The notes below the pieces were generated by a model, which was not told the DNA's origin, did no database searches, and was given only the letters and a program-made list of their open reading frames with translations. The position numbers were made by a program, and so were the translations under genes. From an uncultured bacterium (lineage in GTDB: Bacteria; Omnitrophota; Omnitrophia; Omnitrophales; Abzuiibacteriaceae): a stretch of 64,000 nt of DNA. The stretch is from NCBI GenBank assembly GCA_964387845.1, contig CAYLXA010000001.1, positions 160,001 through 224,000 of the forward strand, given 5' to 3'. Positions 27,853-38,797 of the stretch are shown here, one piece after another (position 1 is the first letter of the stretch; each line of letters opens with the position of its first letter).

Positions 27853-28565
27853 ACTTTTCGGATCAATCGAACTATTTCAGAAGTTGCGCTTCTGATGCCG
27901 GTAAAAATCGAGCGGGCGATAATCGCATGACCGATGTTGAGCTCCTCCATAAACGGAAGCCGGGCAACCGGCATCACATTTTCATAATTGAGGCCGTGGC
28001 CTGCGTTAACGCCTAAACCAAGTGCGTGCGCAAAAATGGCAGCGCGCCGGAGCCGTTTGAGCTCTGCAGCCCTCTTTTTTCCGGAAACCCGGGCATAAGT
28101 TCCCGTATGAAGCTCGATGTAATCGGCATTCACTTTCCGCGCAGCCTGGATTTGCCGAAAATCCGGATCGATAAAAAGACTCACGCAAATTCCGGCACGT
28201 TTCAATTTTTTAACGGCTGAACTGACTTTCTTAACAGATCCAAGCACATCCAGCCCGCCTTCGGTCGTCAATTCCAAACGACGCTCCGGAACTAAGCAAG
28301 CTTTTTGAGGTTTGGTTTTGACGGCAAACCGGACAATTTCGGCAGATACGGACATTTCCAGATTGAGCGGGACTTTGATTGACTTGAGCAGCCGGGTAAC
28401 ATCGGCATCCTGAATATGGCGGCGGTCTTCGCGCAGGTGAACCGTAATGCCCGATGCACCGCCGCGAATTCCTTCCTGCGCTGCCTTTAAGATATCGGGA
28501 ACAATATCGCGCCGGGCTTGGCGGACCGTTGCGACATGGTCAATATTAAGACCTAGCTTAATCAA
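27849..28565 (-). CDS. pdxJ: Pyridoxine 5'-phosphate synthase
   Basis: LGLNIDHVATVRQAR...GITVHLREDRRHI...NLEM...VNAGHGL...LNIGHAII, consistent with PdxJ. Confidence 0.9.
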   Translation of the reverse strand: MIKLGLNIDHVATVRQARRDIVPDILKAAQEGIRGGASGITVHLREDRRHIQDADVTRLLKSIKVPLNLEMSVSAEIVRFAVKTKPQKACLVPERRLELTTEGGLDVLGSVKKVSSAVKKLKRAGICVSLFIDPDFRQIQAARKVNADYIELHTGTYARVSGKKRAAELKRLRRAAIFAHALGLGVNAGHGLNYENVMPVARLPFMEELNIGHAIIARSIFTGIRSATSEIVRLIRKV

Positions 28566-28578
28566 TGCATTGCCTCAG

Positions 28579-28646
28579 TGTTAAGGGATAAGTGGTAAGT
28601 GGTAAGTTATTTTGAATATCTTAACACTTATCACTTACAACTTACC
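28579..28646. repeat. Inverted pair of triple tandem heptamers: (ATAAGTG-GTAAGTG-GTAAGTT) ... (CACTTAT-CACTTAC-AACTTAC)
   Basis: Read directly from the sequence. It sits between the ybbR stop (28658) and the pdxJ start (28565). No U-run follows on the transcribed strand. Confidence 0.7.
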
Positions 28647-28657
28647 CCTTCACAAAA

Positions 28658-29620
28658 TTATGATTTTATGCGATCGACATGAAGTTTCACGATCGGCGGA
28701 TCGCCCTTTACCGAAATCGTTTCGGGAAGAATCAATGTGGCAGGAATATCGTAAGATCCGCGCTTAAGGCCGCTCACATCTGCATAAATCAAAACACCTT
28801 CTTTAATCAGCCGGTCCAATTCGCTTTTCGGGCCCTTTAATGTAAAAGAAATGACCGGTGTATCCAACACGACCACATTGCCGTTATCGGGCAAGCCGAG
28901 CGGCTTCACAATGATATCGTTAAATTGAAGTTCCGAAAATTCTTCGCGGATCGGAACAAAGACATCGATCACGGATTCGGATGTAACGCGAAACGTAGGT
29001 TCCAGCATGAGCCGCGCAATCATCCGGAATGACCGGGTGCGGCCGATTAAGCCAATCGGCTCGGTTTGAATAAATTCGATTTTTTCAAGCCGGCTCTTTG
29101 GCCCTTCCACCAAAACTGCATTCGGATCAACTTCAACTTTTTCAGTCAAAATTTTATAGCCGTAGGCTGGCTCTCCGACAAAATTCGCCTGGACAGGTAA
29201 TTTTTTCACAATATCTTCGTCGATTTCAACGCTCACAATTTCAGGCAGAATGCTGGTAACCGCAATCCCGGATGAAGGCAGTTTGATATCGGTCGGCAAC
29301 ACACGGAAGGAATATTCTCCCGCGCGGTCAAGATTTTCGATTTTGTGTGATGCCGTAACATCGCCCGCCGAAAGAAGAGACAGCGAGCCGCGCGGCGCAC
29401 GCAAGCGCACATAAAGCGACTCTGCGGAACGTTTAGAAATGCTCAATTTTTTGCCGGCACCCTGAATATCGACTCTCAAAGGAACCGCGCGCGTCACCTC
29501 CACCATTTCTTCGTTGATTGCGTAACCCCAAAAACCGATCGCCAAAATAAGCGAGACCAGCTTGAGGCCCCAATGCTCCGTAAACCAATCGCGAATAGTA
29601 ATGAGCCAATTCCGAATCAT
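28658..29620 (-). CDS. YbbR-like domain protein (CdaR, diadenylate cyclase regulator)
   Basis: N-terminal TM plus repeated beta domains. Lies immediately downstream of cdaA. Confidence 0.7.
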   Translation of the reverse strand: MIRNWLITIRDWFTEHWGLKLVSLILAIGFWGYAINEEMVEVTRAVPLRVDIQGAGKKLSISKRSAESLYVRLRAPRGSLSLLSAGDVTASHKIENLDRAGEYSFRVLPTDIKLPSSGIAVTSILPEIVSVEIDEDIVKKLPVQANFVGEPAYGYKILTEKVEVDPNAVLVEGPKSRLEKIEFIQTEPIGLIGRTRSFRMIARLMLEPTFRVTSESVIDVFVPIREEFSELQFNDIIVKPLGLPDNGNVVVLDTPVISFTLKGPKSELDRLIKEGVLIYADVSGLKRGSYDIPATLILPETISVKGDPPIVKLHVDRIKS

Positions 29621-29629
29621 ATCATCCCT

Positions 29630-30454
29630 TTATATTTCACCGCGAGAACGCTCGGCCTTGGGCACGAGACGGACTTTATTCTGCAGAAATTCCAAAAATT
29701 TATTCCGGTTTTCATCCGGCCGGAAAAGGCTCTTCAAAACGCGCCTTAGGCCGTCTTCATCCAAATCGCCGGTCAGCTTTCCGTAAACCGATACGGAAAC
29801 CGAACCCGTTTCTTCCGATACCACAATGCAAACTGTGTCCGTTTCTTCCGTAATGCCGATGGCGGCGCGATGACGCGTTCCGAGCGTCCGTGCCAGCGTT
29901 AAATTTTGTGACAGCGGAAATAAAGCGCCCGATCCTGCGATACGGTCGCCTTGAATAATCACGGCACCGTCGTGGATCGGCGCGTTCGGCGCGAAAATCG
30001 TGATCAAAAGTTCAGCGCTCACTTTGGCATCAAGCGGAATTCCGGATTCCAAATACTGTTGAAGGCTCATTTCCCTTTCAATGGCAATCAGCGCGCCTCG
30101 GCGGATCTTGGACATGCGCATGCAAGCTTCCACAATTTCATCCACCGTTCCGCCTTTTTTCAAGAACGGGCTGAAAAACGTATTTTGGCCGACACGCGCC
30201 AGCGCGCGCCGAAGTTCAGGCTGGAACAAAATGATAAGCGAGATAAAACCGACAGCGGCTAATTTGTTGAGAAACCAATTGATCGTATTGAGTTCAAGCC
30301 ACTTCGATAAATTAAATACGATCGCAAAAAACGCGAGGCCGATTAAAACCTGAAGCGCACGGGTGCCCTGAAAAATCCGGATTGCGAAATAAATAAAAAA
30401 CCAGATGAAACCGATTTCAAGAATGGGCCGCCAAAGATTCAAAATGTATTCCAT
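29630..30454 (-). CDS. cdaA: Diadenylate cyclase CdaA (c-di-AMP synthase)
   Basis: 3 N-terminal TM helices plus a DAC domain (HDGAVIIQGDRIAGSGALFPLS...RHRAAIGITEETD...SEETGSVS). Confidence 0.9.
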   Translation of the reverse strand: MEYILNLWRPILEIGFIWFFIYFAIRIFQGTRALQVLIGLAFFAIVFNLSKWLELNTINWFLNKLAAVGFISLIILFQPELRRALARVGQNTFFSPFLKKGGTVDEIVEACMRMSKIRRGALIAIEREMSLQQYLESGIPLDAKVSAELLITIFAPNAPIHDGAVIIQGDRIAGSGALFPLSQNLTLARTLGTRHRAAIGITEETDTVCIVVSEETGSVSVSVYGKLTGDLDEDGLRRVLKSLFRPDENRNKFLEFLQNKVRLVPKAERSRGEI

Positions 30455-30670
30455 TTATTTTTTCCCGAAAATTGAAAACAACAGCGTCAAAATCAAACTG
30501 ATCAAAATAGATGTCGTGATCGGAAAATAAAGCGTAAAATTTTCTTTTTTCACCAAAATATCGCCCGGCAAGCGCCCGATGCCCGGAATTTTTTGAAGCA
30601 CCGGCAATAAAAGCCCGATCGCAATCAAAACAGCCCCGAAAACAATGAGCAGCTTTGAAACCGAACTCAT
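30455..30670 (-). CDS. Small membrane protein, DUF2905-like
   Basis: MSSVSKLLIVFGAVLIAIGLLLPVLQKIPGIGRLPGDI. The start is placed at the internal Met to avoid overlap with ruvB. Confidence 0.5.
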   Translation of the reverse strand: MSSVSKLLIVFGAVLIAIGLLLPVLQKIPGIGRLPGDILVKKENFTLYFPITTSILISLILTLLFSIFGKK

Positions 30671-30671
30671 G

Positions 30672-31724
30672 CTACCAAAGCTCCTCTTGACGCTTGCTGG
30701 GCGGTTTACCGAGATGTTCATATGCCAGCTTCGTCAGCACGCGGCCGGATGACGTCCGCTTAATCAACCCTTTTTGGATCAGATAAGGCTCATAAATTTC
30801 TTCGAGCGTTTCGGCTTCTTCGCCGATCGCGATTGCCAAATTGTTGATTCCGACCGGGCCGCCGTCAAATTCGTTTAAAAGCAGCGTCAAGATCCGCTTA
30901 TCCATCTGGTCAAGCCCCGCTTCATCCACTTCGAGCATGCGGAGCGATTCATTGGCCACTTTTTGCGTGATAACGCCGTCGGCGCGCACCTGGGCAAAAT
31001 CGCGGACGCGTTTGAGGAGCCGGTTTCCGATCCGCGGCGTTGAACGCGAGCGGCGCGCAATTTCCGATGCGCCGGCTTCATCAATTTCAATATTGAGAAG
31101 CTTGGCGGAACGTTTCACGATGGTTGTCATTTCTTCGACAGAATAAAAATTGATGCGTTCGACGATTCCGAAACGCGAACGGAGCGGCGATGTCAGAAGC
31201 CCGCTTCTCGTCGTTGCGCCGATTAATGTGAAGCGCGGAATGTTAACGCGCACGGAGCGTGCGTTGGGGCCTTTGTCGATCATGATGTCGAGATAATACT
31301 CTTCCATCGCCGGATACAAATACTCCTCCACGACGTGTGATGTGCGGTGAATTTCATCAATAAAAAGAACATCGTTTTCCTGCAGATTGGTCAGAATGCC
31401 GGCCAAGTCGCCGGGCCGTTCCAAAACCGGACCCGATGTTGTCCGGATGTTAGCGCCCATTTCACGCGCGATAATGTTAGCAAGCGTTGTTTTTCCAAGC
31501 CCTGGGGGCCCGAAAAGCAGGATATGATCCAAAGGCTCTTTCCGCTGAACCGCCGCCTGAATGTAAACGGACAGGTTTTCCTTTAACTTCTCCTGCCCGA
31601 TAAATTCCGAGAGCAGTGTCGGCCTAAGCGCCGAATCGAATTCCGTATCTTCAACACGCAGCGCGGATGATATCAAACGCGCTTCTTCATTTTCCGATTC
31701 CGAATTGATTTCGCTCATGGTCAC
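30672..31724 (-). CDS. ruvB: Holliday junction branch migration ATPase RuvB
   Basis: [18 protein letters not shown] plus DEIHR. Confidence 0.95.
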   Translation of the reverse strand: MTMSEINSESENEEARLISSALRVEDTEFDSALRPTLLSEFIGQEKLKENLSVYIQAAVQRKEPLDHILLFGPPGLGKTTLANIIAREMGANIRTTSGPVLERPGDLAGILTNLQENDVLFIDEIHRTSHVVEEYLYPAMEEYYLDIMIDKGPNARSVRVNIPRFTLIGATTRSGLLTSPLRSRFGIVERINFYSVEEMTTIVKRSAKLLNIEIDEAGASEIARRSRSTPRIGNRLLKRVRDFAQVRADGVITQKVANESLRMLEVDEAGLDQMDKRILTLLLNEFDGGPVGINNLAIAIGEEAETLEEIYEPYLIQKGLIKRTSSGRVLTKLAYEHLGKPPSKRQEELW

Positions 31725-32320
31725 ACGTATTTAAGAGACTGCCGGATTAATTCTTCGACTTTCATTTTCTCATGATTGGGATGCGCAGAAAGCACTTTTT
31801 GAACCGCGATTTTGGCATTTTGTTTTCCGTAACCAAGCGAGACAAGCGCTTTAACCGAATCTTCCATCAATGTACTGCGGTGCCCTGCATGTTTATGGGT
31901 ATCCGCGCGGCGTTCATCCAGAATCACTTTTTCACGCAGCTCCACGATAAGTCTTTCCGCGATCTTCCGGCCGATACCGGAAATCGACGTTAAAACCGGC
32001 ACCGCACCGTCCACAATCGCTTGTTTTAGTTCCGCAATACCGATACCGGAAAGAATGGTGATGGCCATTTTAGGCCCGATCCCCGAGACACTCATGAGAA
32101 GCCGGAAAAGTTCGCGCTCTTCTTCGGTTGAAAATCCGTACAAAATTTGCGCGTCTTCACGCACAACAAAATGGATCAACAATTTCACATGCTGGCCGGT
32201 GTTCGGCAACTTTTGATGTGTTGAAATCGGAACAATGAGCTCATAACCGACACCATGTGTTTCAATCACCACGTGCGCCGGTGATTTTTCAATTAATGTT
32301 CCGGAAATATAGCTATACAT
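31721..32320 (-). CDS. ruvA: Holliday junction DNA helicase RuvA
   Basis: [28 protein letters not shown]. 199 aa. Overlaps ruvB and ruvC by 4 and 8 nt. Confidence 0.9.
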   Translation of the reverse strand: MYSYISGTLIEKSPAHVVIETHGVGYELIVPISTHQKLPNTGQHVKLLIHFVVREDAQILYGFSTEEERELFRLLMSVSGIGPKMAITILSGIGIAELKQAIVDGAVPVLTSISGIGRKIAERLIVELREKVILDERRADTHKHAGHRSTLMEDSVKALVSLGYGKQNAKIAVQKVLSAHPNHEKMKVEELIRQSLKYV

Positions 32321-32828
32321 AATTTGCTTTACCGAGCGCTATTTTTTTCTGAATGTTCCAACTGCTGGTATGAAGATGACAGTAAGCAATCGCAAGCGCA
32401 TCCGCCGCATCGGGCAGCGGCAATTCTTTCATTTTGAGGACCTGCTTGACCATAAATTGAATTTGCTCTTTCGACGCCCTGCCGTTGCCGCAAATTGATT
32501 CCTTGATCCGGTTCGGCATATATTCCGAAACGGGAATGTTGTGCTCCATCGCGGCCAGCATCGCGATCGCACGCGCTTCGCCGATTTTCACGGCAGCTTT
32601 GAAATCCTTGCTAAAAAAGACGCTTTCAATCGCAACGGTTTCGGGCCGGTAAATGGAGAAAACTTCCTTTAAACCGCCGTAAATCATCCGCAAACGCTCG
32701 GCCAACGGCTTTTTTTCGCCGGCTTCGATTGTTTCATGATGAATGGCCGTGATCATGCCGGATGCGGATTTTTCGACAATGCCAACGCCTGTTCGGATGG
32801 TTCCCGGGTCGACTCCTGCGACGCGCAT
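32313..32828 (-). CDS. ruvC: Crossover junction endodeoxyribonuclease RuvC
   Basis: MRVAGVDPGTIRTGVGIV... Confidence 0.9.
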   Translation of the reverse strand: MRVAGVDPGTIRTGVGIVEKSASGMITAIHHETIEAGEKKPLAERLRMIYGGLKEVFSIYRPETVAIESVFFSKDFKAAVKIGEARAIAMLAAMEHNIPVSEYMPNRIKESICGNGRASKEQIQFMVKQVLKMKELPLPDAADALAIAYCHLHTSSWNIQKKIALGKANYV

Positions 32829-33025
32829 GCAAACCTTCTTTCGTTGACTAATCGTTTAATTCCGGAAGCACTAATTTGGCAATTGTCTGCTTCAACTTTT
32901 CTACAATGAGAGCGACAAAAGATGTTCCGGAATTTTCCTGCCACAATTCCTGCTGAACCGAACGATTTTCGCTTTTTGCCATCTTTTGTTTTTTCTCTAA
33001 ATTACGGCTTTAAAAGAAGCTTTGA

Positions 33026-33772
33026 TTAGCCGAGTTCTTTCATGACTTCGGGCGGAATATCGCAATTGGTGTAAACGTTCTGCACATCATCATGATCTTC
33101 CAAAGCATCGACCAAATCCAGAACGGCACGCGCTTGGGCTGCATCAGCGGGCGCCATGTTCTTGGGAATCATCTGCAAAGCGGCAGATTCGTATTTAATC
33201 CCGGCATCGTCCAGCGCTTTTTTGACTTTTTCAAAATCTTGCGTCGACGTGGTAACTTCGAATTTATCATCCGACTTAACAAGATCATCCGCACCGGCGT
33301 TGACCGTTACATCCATCAACTGATCTTCGGACGCTGCACCAGCATCAAGAACAATCAAGCCTTTCTTTTCAAAAAGCCACGCCACGGATCCGGCACCGGC
33401 CATGTTGCCGTTTTTCTTGGTGAAAATACTACGGATTTCGGACGCCGTCCGGTTTTTATTGTCCGTCAGGCAATTCACCAAAATGGCGACTCCGGCTGCG
33501 CCGTAACCTTCGTAAGCCACTTCTTCGTAACTGACGCCTTCCAGTTCGCCGGTTCCCTTTTTAATGGCACGTTCGACATTGTCAGACGGCATGTTGGCCG
33601 CTTTGGCCGTTAAAATGGCCGTGCGCAGGCGCGGGTTCGTGTTGGGATCGCCGCCGCCCATTTTTGCCGCAACCGTGATTTCTCGGATAATCTTCGTAAA
33701 AATTTTACCGCGCTTGCTGTCGACCAGCGCTTTTTTATGTTTGATACTGGCCCACTTCGAATGACCGCTCAT
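33026..33772 (-). CDS. yebC: YebC/PmpR family DNA-binding transcriptional regulator
   Basis: MSGHSKWASIKHKKALVDSKRGKIFTKIIREI. Confidence 0.95.
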   Translation of the reverse strand: MSGHSKWASIKHKKALVDSKRGKIFTKIIREITVAAKMGGGDPNTNPRLRTAILTAKAANMPSDNVERAIKKGTGELEGVSYEEVAYEGYGAAGVAILVNCLTDNKNRTASEIRSIFTKKNGNMAGAGSVAWLFEKKGLIVLDAGAASEDQLMDVTVNAGADDLVKSDDKFEVTTSTQDFEKVKKALDDAGIKYESAALQMIPKNMAPADAAQARAVLDLVDALEDHDDVQNVYTNCDIPPEVMKELG

Positions 33773-34608
33773 AACTTACCGACCTCCGTTGCGACTAAAA
33801 TAGCGTCTTTGGTTGAGGCAACATCGTGAACGCGGACAATATCAGCGCCGCGCTCCACAAGAAGCGCCGCCATCGCAGATGACGAAATATCGCGCGCTTC
33901 CGGATCTTTGCCTGTTAATTGGCCCAAAAATGATTTTCGGGATGCGCCGACCAGAATCGGGCGCGATAAATTTTTAAATTGAGAAAGCTCGCGGATAATT
34001 TCAAGATTTTGTTCGGCAGTTTTTGCAAATCCGAGCCCCGGGTCAATGGCGATTTGCTCTTCCGAAATACCGGCCGCTGAAGCAATCCGGATGCTTTGCG
34101 AAAGTTCATTCAAAATATCCTGAATTAAATTTTGGTAGTTTGTCAGTGTCTGCATTGTTTGCGGATTGCCGCGGCGGTGCATCACCACAAGCCCTGCGCC
34201 GTAGCGATTTACGCTTTCGGCCAATTTTGGGTCCTGACGAAGGCCGCTCACATCATTAATGATGTGCGCGCCCATTTTGAGCGCTTCTTCGGCGATTTCT
34301 GATTTGGTTGTATCGATCGAAACGGAAATGGCGATTTGCTTCAAAATTTCGCGCAAAACGGGAAAAAGCCGGCGCGCTTCTTCGTCTGCGGAAATCATGG
34401 GTGCATTGGGGCGTGTCGACTCTGCGCCAACGTCAAGAATGTGGGCGCCTTCGGCTTCCATGCGTTTCGCTTGCTCGAGAGCTTTTTCGATATTGAAATA
34501 CCGGCCGCCGTCTGAGAATGAATCGGGAGTGAGGTTGAGAATCCCCATGATCAGGGGTTTCTCGAAAGTCAGCTTGCCTTGTCTAATTTTCCATGTCGGA
34601 CAAGTCAC
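33769..34608 (-). CDS. folP: Dihydropteroate synthase
   Basis: GILNLTPDSFSDGG and a pterin-binding barrel. Confidence 0.9.
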   Translation of the reverse strand: MTCPTWKIRQGKLTFEKPLIMGILNLTPDSFSDGGRYFNIEKALEQAKRMEAEGAHILDVGAESTRPNAPMISADEEARRLFPVLREILKQIAISVSIDTTKSEIAEEALKMGAHIINDVSGLRQDPKLAESVNRYGAGLVVMHRRGNPQTMQTLTNYQNLIQDILNELSQSIRIASAAGISEEQIAIDPGLGFAKTAEQNLEIIRELSQFKNLSRPILVGASRKSFLGQLTGKDPEARDISSSAMAALLVERGADIVRVHDVASTKDAILVATEVGKL

Positions 34609-34616
34609 GGCTCGAT

Positions 34617-36575
34617 TTATGGGGTTGGATTGGCTGTTCCGTTAAAACCAATGATTTCTTTAACTTCAACGCTGTCCAAAACTTCTTTTTCGAGCAAGCG
34701 CTCGGAAAGCTTTTTCAAATTATGGATATTGTCGCCCAAAAGTTTTTTGGTCCGGACGTAGGCATCGTCCACAATCCGGCGGACTTCTTCGTCGATTGCA
34801 ACCGCTGTGCTTTCGGAATAGTCTTTATCACGCAGCATGTCGCGGCCCAAGAAAACTTCACGGTCTTTTTTACCGAAAGTCAAATTGCCGAGCCGTTTGC
34901 TCATTCCAAATTCACAAACCATCCGCTGAGCATAGCTGGTCGCGACTTCAAGATCGTTGGAAGCGCCGGTCGTAATTTCTTTAAAAACCAATTCTTCCGC
35001 CACGCGGCCGCCGAGACAAACCGCGATTTTGTCCGTGATTTGTTTCTCGGTCATCAAATAACGGTCTTCATTCGGTAAATGGAGCGTGTAACCAAGCGCT
35101 GCTTGTCCGCGCGGAATGATGGAAACTTTGTGTAATTGATCGGTATCGCCCGTCACGTAAAGCGTCATGAGGGCATGCCCGGATTCGTGGACCGCGACGA
35201 TTTCCTTTTCTTTCTTTGAAATCACGCGCGACTTCCGCTCGGGGCCCGCCATCACGCGCTCGATCGATTCCTCAAGCTCGCGCTGCTCAACCGCTTCTTT
35301 GCTGCGCCGTGCGGCTAACAGTGCGGCTTCATTCACAAGATTGGCCAAATCTGCGCCGGAAAATCCGGGTGTCTGTTTGGCGATTTTCTCCAAGTCAACA
35401 CCGGACGCTAATTTCACGCTCTTCACATGAACCTGCATGATCGCTTCACGGCCTTTGATGTCAGGGCGGTCAATAATGATTTGACGGTCAAAACGGCCCG
35501 GACGCAAAAGCGCAGGATCTAAGACATCGGGCCGATTGGTGGCGCCGATCATGATGACGCCAGCCTGTGTATCAAATCCATCCATCTCAACCAGGAGTGC
35601 ATTCAAGGTCTGCTCACGTTCATCATGTCCGCCGCCGATTCCGGCAAAACGCTGACGGCCCACCGCATCAATTTCATCGACAAAAATAATGGCGCCGCGT
35701 CCGCTGGTTTTCGCCGCGCGTTTTCCTTGTTCAAACAAATCACGCACGCGTGCCGCACCAACGCCGACAAACATTTCGACGAAATCCGAACCGCTAATCG
35801 AATAAAACGGAACATTCGCCTCGCCAGCAACCGCCTTAGCCAGCAATGTTTTTCCGGTTCCCGGAGGACCCATCAAAAGAACACCTTTCGGGATCCGTCC
35901 GCCCAGCTTTTGAAATTTCTTAGGATCTTTCAGAAATTCGATAATTTCCTGGAGCTCTTCTTTGGCTTCATCCACACCCGCCACATTTTTAAACGTAATT
36001 TGGCCTTGCTGTTCTTGGCCCATTAATTTTGCGCGGGATTTTCCAAACGAAAAAATTTTTCCGCCGCCCTGCTGGACACCGCGGTAAACGAAAAACCAAA
36101 AGAAGCCGATCAGCAACACAACCGGCAAAACAGAATAAATTAAATTTTTCCAGAAAGTCTGCGGCTGTACGACGCGGAAATCCTGAATGTTTTGCCGCAT
36201 CAAGGGAATGATTTCAACGTCATTCAGAGGAATCGTGACTTGGAAATATTTGCCGTCTCGGAGTTTGCCGCGAATCACATTATCTGCCATTTCAGCCGAA
36301 ATAATTTCGCCGCTATCCGTATTTTTTTCTACCCGGGAATAGAATTCGCTATAAGAAATCTGCTGGATTTCCATGCGCGGAAGCAGGAGCTGCAGCAAAA
36401 TAAAGAAAATAAGCGGAACTAAAAAGAAAACAGCCATTCGTTTTCTTTCCGGATCGGGCGGTTTTCCGGGCACCCCCGGACGTTTCTTATTAGAAGCCAG
36501 TCCTTCGGGATTCCCGCCGGGTTGGTAAAAATTAGGTGATTCTTTTTGGTCTGCCATAGTTGGAAATCTTATCAC
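34617..36575 (-). CDS. ftsH: ATP-dependent zinc metalloprotease FtsH
   Basis: [17 protein letters not shown], the second region of homology, and HESGHAL. Confidence 0.95.
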   Translation of the reverse strand: MIRFPTMADQKESPNFYQPGGNPEGLASNKKRPGVPGKPPDPERKRMAVFFLVPLIFFILLQLLLPRMEIQQISYSEFYSRVEKNTDSGEIISAEMADNVIRGKLRDGKYFQVTIPLNDVEIIPLMRQNIQDFRVVQPQTFWKNLIYSVLPVVLLIGFFWFFVYRGVQQGGGKIFSFGKSRAKLMGQEQQGQITFKNVAGVDEAKEELQEIIEFLKDPKKFQKLGGRIPKGVLLMGPPGTGKTLLAKAVAGEANVPFYSISGSDFVEMFVGVGAARVRDLFEQGKRAAKTSGRGAIIFVDEIDAVGRQRFAGIGGGHDEREQTLNALLVEMDGFDTQAGVIMIGATNRPDVLDPALLRPGRFDRQIIIDRPDIKGREAIMQVHVKSVKLASGVDLEKIAKQTPGFSGADLANLVNEAALLAARRSKEAVEQRELEESIERVMAGPERKSRVISKKEKEIVAVHESGHALMTLYVTGDTDQLHKVSIIPRGQAALGYTLHLPNEDRYLMTEKQITDKIAVCLGGRVAEELVFKEITTGASNDLEVATSYAQRMVCEFGMSKRLGNLTFGKKDREVFLGRDMLRDKDYSESTAVAIDEEVRRIVDDAYVRTKKLLGDNIHNLKKLSERLLEKEVLDSVEVKEIIGFNGTANPTP

Positions 36576-36626
36576 GGATAAACTGTTCCCTCAAGTGAAA
36601 TCGGAAGTATTTGAAAAATAAAGGAC

Positions 36627-38048
36627 TTACGATGATTTTAAGCTTGGATTGACACTTAATTTTAGAAAAGAGGTGGTCTGGGGAGTCACCTTGACGGATT
36701 CCGACATCGCAATACCGGGGATCCAATCCATCCGGTTTTTGGAAAAAACGAGCGGCAGCCGGTCGCGTAAACCATGTGGAATTTTGCGGCGAATCAAAAA
36801 ATCCTTCAATTTACTCGGCTGTGACTGGCCCAAAGGCTGAAATAAATCGCCCGGGCGCCGGCTCCGGATTTGAAGCGGAAATTGAACGCTGCCCGCATCC
36901 ATAATCACAAAATCTTCCCGGCGCTTCTTCAAATGCTTTGGGCGCTTCGAAAGCTTTGTAGCTTCAATGGTCATGCCTGACTCGGCAATATTGATTCTGC
37001 CGCCAAGTTTTAATGAATACCGGAATCCGTCTTCCCCGCTTTTCTTTTTTAATGTTAACGGTCGATTTGAATATCGGAGCAAAATTCTATTTTCAGATAC
37101 TGAACAAAGAAGATTCCCGGGAAACGACGTGGCGAACATTGATTTTTCCGAAAACAGAGCTTTAAAAGCAAACCAGTGTTTGGATTCAAATTCCAATTCG
37201 CCCAAATGCCGCACTGCAAGCTGCAAAAGCCGGAATTGAATTGCTTCCGGCAGCTTTGCAAATTTTAATTTTGCAAACGAAACATCATTACGGCTTAATT
37301 TGCCCAACTTTTTAAATTGCCGTTCGGATTCGGAATTCAGAAAATCAATATCGGCCGCAAGTGTTTGCGGCAGGCGCGCCAGCACTTTCTTGATTCCGGG
37401 ACTGAATTTTTTTTCAAGGAAAGGAATGAGCTCCAGCCGGATCCGGTTCCTGACAAACTGAACCGATTCGTTGCTTTTGTCTTTGCGGAACGTAAACCGG
37501 TGTTTTTTTAAGAATTTCAGAATCGCGGCTTTTTCGATATCGATAAACGGACGCGCAAATTTGATTTTGTTCCGGAAAAATACAGGCCGAGAGCCGCCGA
37601 GCCCTTGGATGCCTGACCCCGAAAGAAAACGCATGAGGACCGTTTCGGCTTGATCGTCCATCGTATGCGCCAGCAACACAGCATCAAACTTTTTCTCTTT
37701 TGCGAGCTTCACCAAATACGCATAGCGCAAATCGCGCGCGGCTTCCTCGATCGATAACCTTTTTAATTTTGCTTCGCGGCGGACGTCGACTTTTGCGGCA
37801 TAAAAAGGAATTTGGAGAGATGTGGCCAGATTTTTAACAAACTTTTCATCGCGCCCGGAATCCCGGCCGCGCAATTGGTGATTCACATGCGCAACGCTTA
37901 ATTTGATTTTGTGTGATTGCGCATAATCGGCAAAAAAATGAAGCAGCACGGTCGAGTCCGGCCCGCCGGAACACGCAACGCAGACGGAACGGGCGTTTTT
38001 CAGCATTTGGCAACGCCGGATGGTTTTTAAAACATCGTTTTCAAACAT
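36627..38048 (-). CDS. tilS: tRNA(Ile)-lysidine synthetase
   Basis: PP-loop SGGPDSTVLLH. Confidence 0.85.
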   Translation of the reverse strand: MFENDVLKTIRRCQMLKNARSVCVACSGGPDSTVLLHFFADYAQSHKIKLSVAHVNHQLRGRDSGRDEKFVKNLATSLQIPFYAAKVDVRREAKLKRLSIEEAARDLRYAYLVKLAKEKKFDAVLLAHTMDDQAETVLMRFLSGSGIQGLGGSRPVFFRNKIKFARPFIDIEKAAILKFLKKHRFTFRKDKSNESVQFVRNRIRLELIPFLEKKFSPGIKKVLARLPQTLAADIDFLNSESERQFKKLGKLSRNDVSFAKLKFAKLPEAIQFRLLQLAVRHLGELEFESKHWFAFKALFSEKSMFATSFPGNLLCSVSENRILLRYSNRPLTLKKKSGEDGFRYSLKLGGRINIAESGMTIEATKLSKRPKHLKKRREDFVIMDAGSVQFPLQIRSRRPGDLFQPLGQSQPSKLKDFLIRRKIPHGLRDRLPLVFSKNRMDWIPGIAMSESVKVTPQTTSFLKLSVNPSLKSS

Positions 38049-38056
38049 GGCAAGGT

Positions 38057-38761
38057 TTACGCCGGAACAGGCGCCAAAGCTCTGGCAAGGTCTGCGGCCG
38101 GAAACTGGCCGGGCGCCGAACTTTTTCCGATAAATCCATAACTTAAGAGCGATCCCAAAAACGGAAACACGAGGCGTGAAGCGCTGCCGATTTTACCCAT
38201 GGAAATCACGATCAGATTTTTTCCGCGGTTTTCCGCAAGAAAATCCATCATCCGTGTAAAATCTTCACGCGTCTCGGCGGCGGCTGCGATTTTGATAATA
38301 TCCGCGCCCGCTGATTTTGATTTTTTCAAAACGGAACGCAAATTTTGGTTAGACGGTGTTTTTTTAAAATCATGAAAAGACACGACAACTGCTTTGCGGT
38401 TTCTTTTCGCAAGCCGGGCCACAGACCGGCAGATCGGGCTGCCAAGCTCCACGTCGACGGCGTCAACCGATTTGATAATTTTTTCGAAAAGTTCGAGGCG
38501 GTCTTTTTCGGAACCGGAAAAGTGGCCGCCTTCTTTCTTAATGCGGATCGTTCCGATCACCGAAAATCCGGATTTTTTTAAAGCTTTCAACGCCTTCAGG
38601 ATTGATTCCGCGCGCGACGGGTTGAAGCGATCAATTCTCAATTCAACCAGCTGAATTCCGGACTTTTTGAGTATTTTGAAAGCAGACGCATTCGGCGCTT
38701 GCTGCAAAACCGCGCAGATAGTGGGTTTAACGCCTAATGTGACTTTTCCGATTTGGGGCAT
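38057..38761 (-). CDS. aroD: 3-dehydroquinate dehydratase, type I
   Basis: VELRIDRF...; size and fold are consistent with a type I DHQase. Confidence 0.65.
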   Translation of the reverse strand: MPQIGKVTLGVKPTICAVLQQAPNASAFKILKKSGIQLVELRIDRFNPSRAESILKALKALKKSGFSVIGTIRIKKEGGHFSGSEKDRLELFEKIIKSVDAVDVELGSPICRSVARLAKRNRKAVVVSFHDFKKTPSNQNLRSVLKKSKSAGADIIKIAAAAETREDFTRMMDFLAENRGKNLIVISMGKIGSASRLVFPFLGSLLSYGFIGKSSAPGQFPAADLARALAPVPA

Positions 38762-38797
38762 GATGATTGTCCGATCTGAAAATTGAAAATCGAAACT

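Noticed and set aside
33092-33613. 173-aa plus-strand ORF inside yebC; similar antisense ORFs inside ftsH (34593-35078), pepF (49583-49957), the DCC/HTTM gene (40589-41119) and the flavin reductase (43062-43463)
   Set aside because: These are antisense shadows of strongly supported conserved genes.
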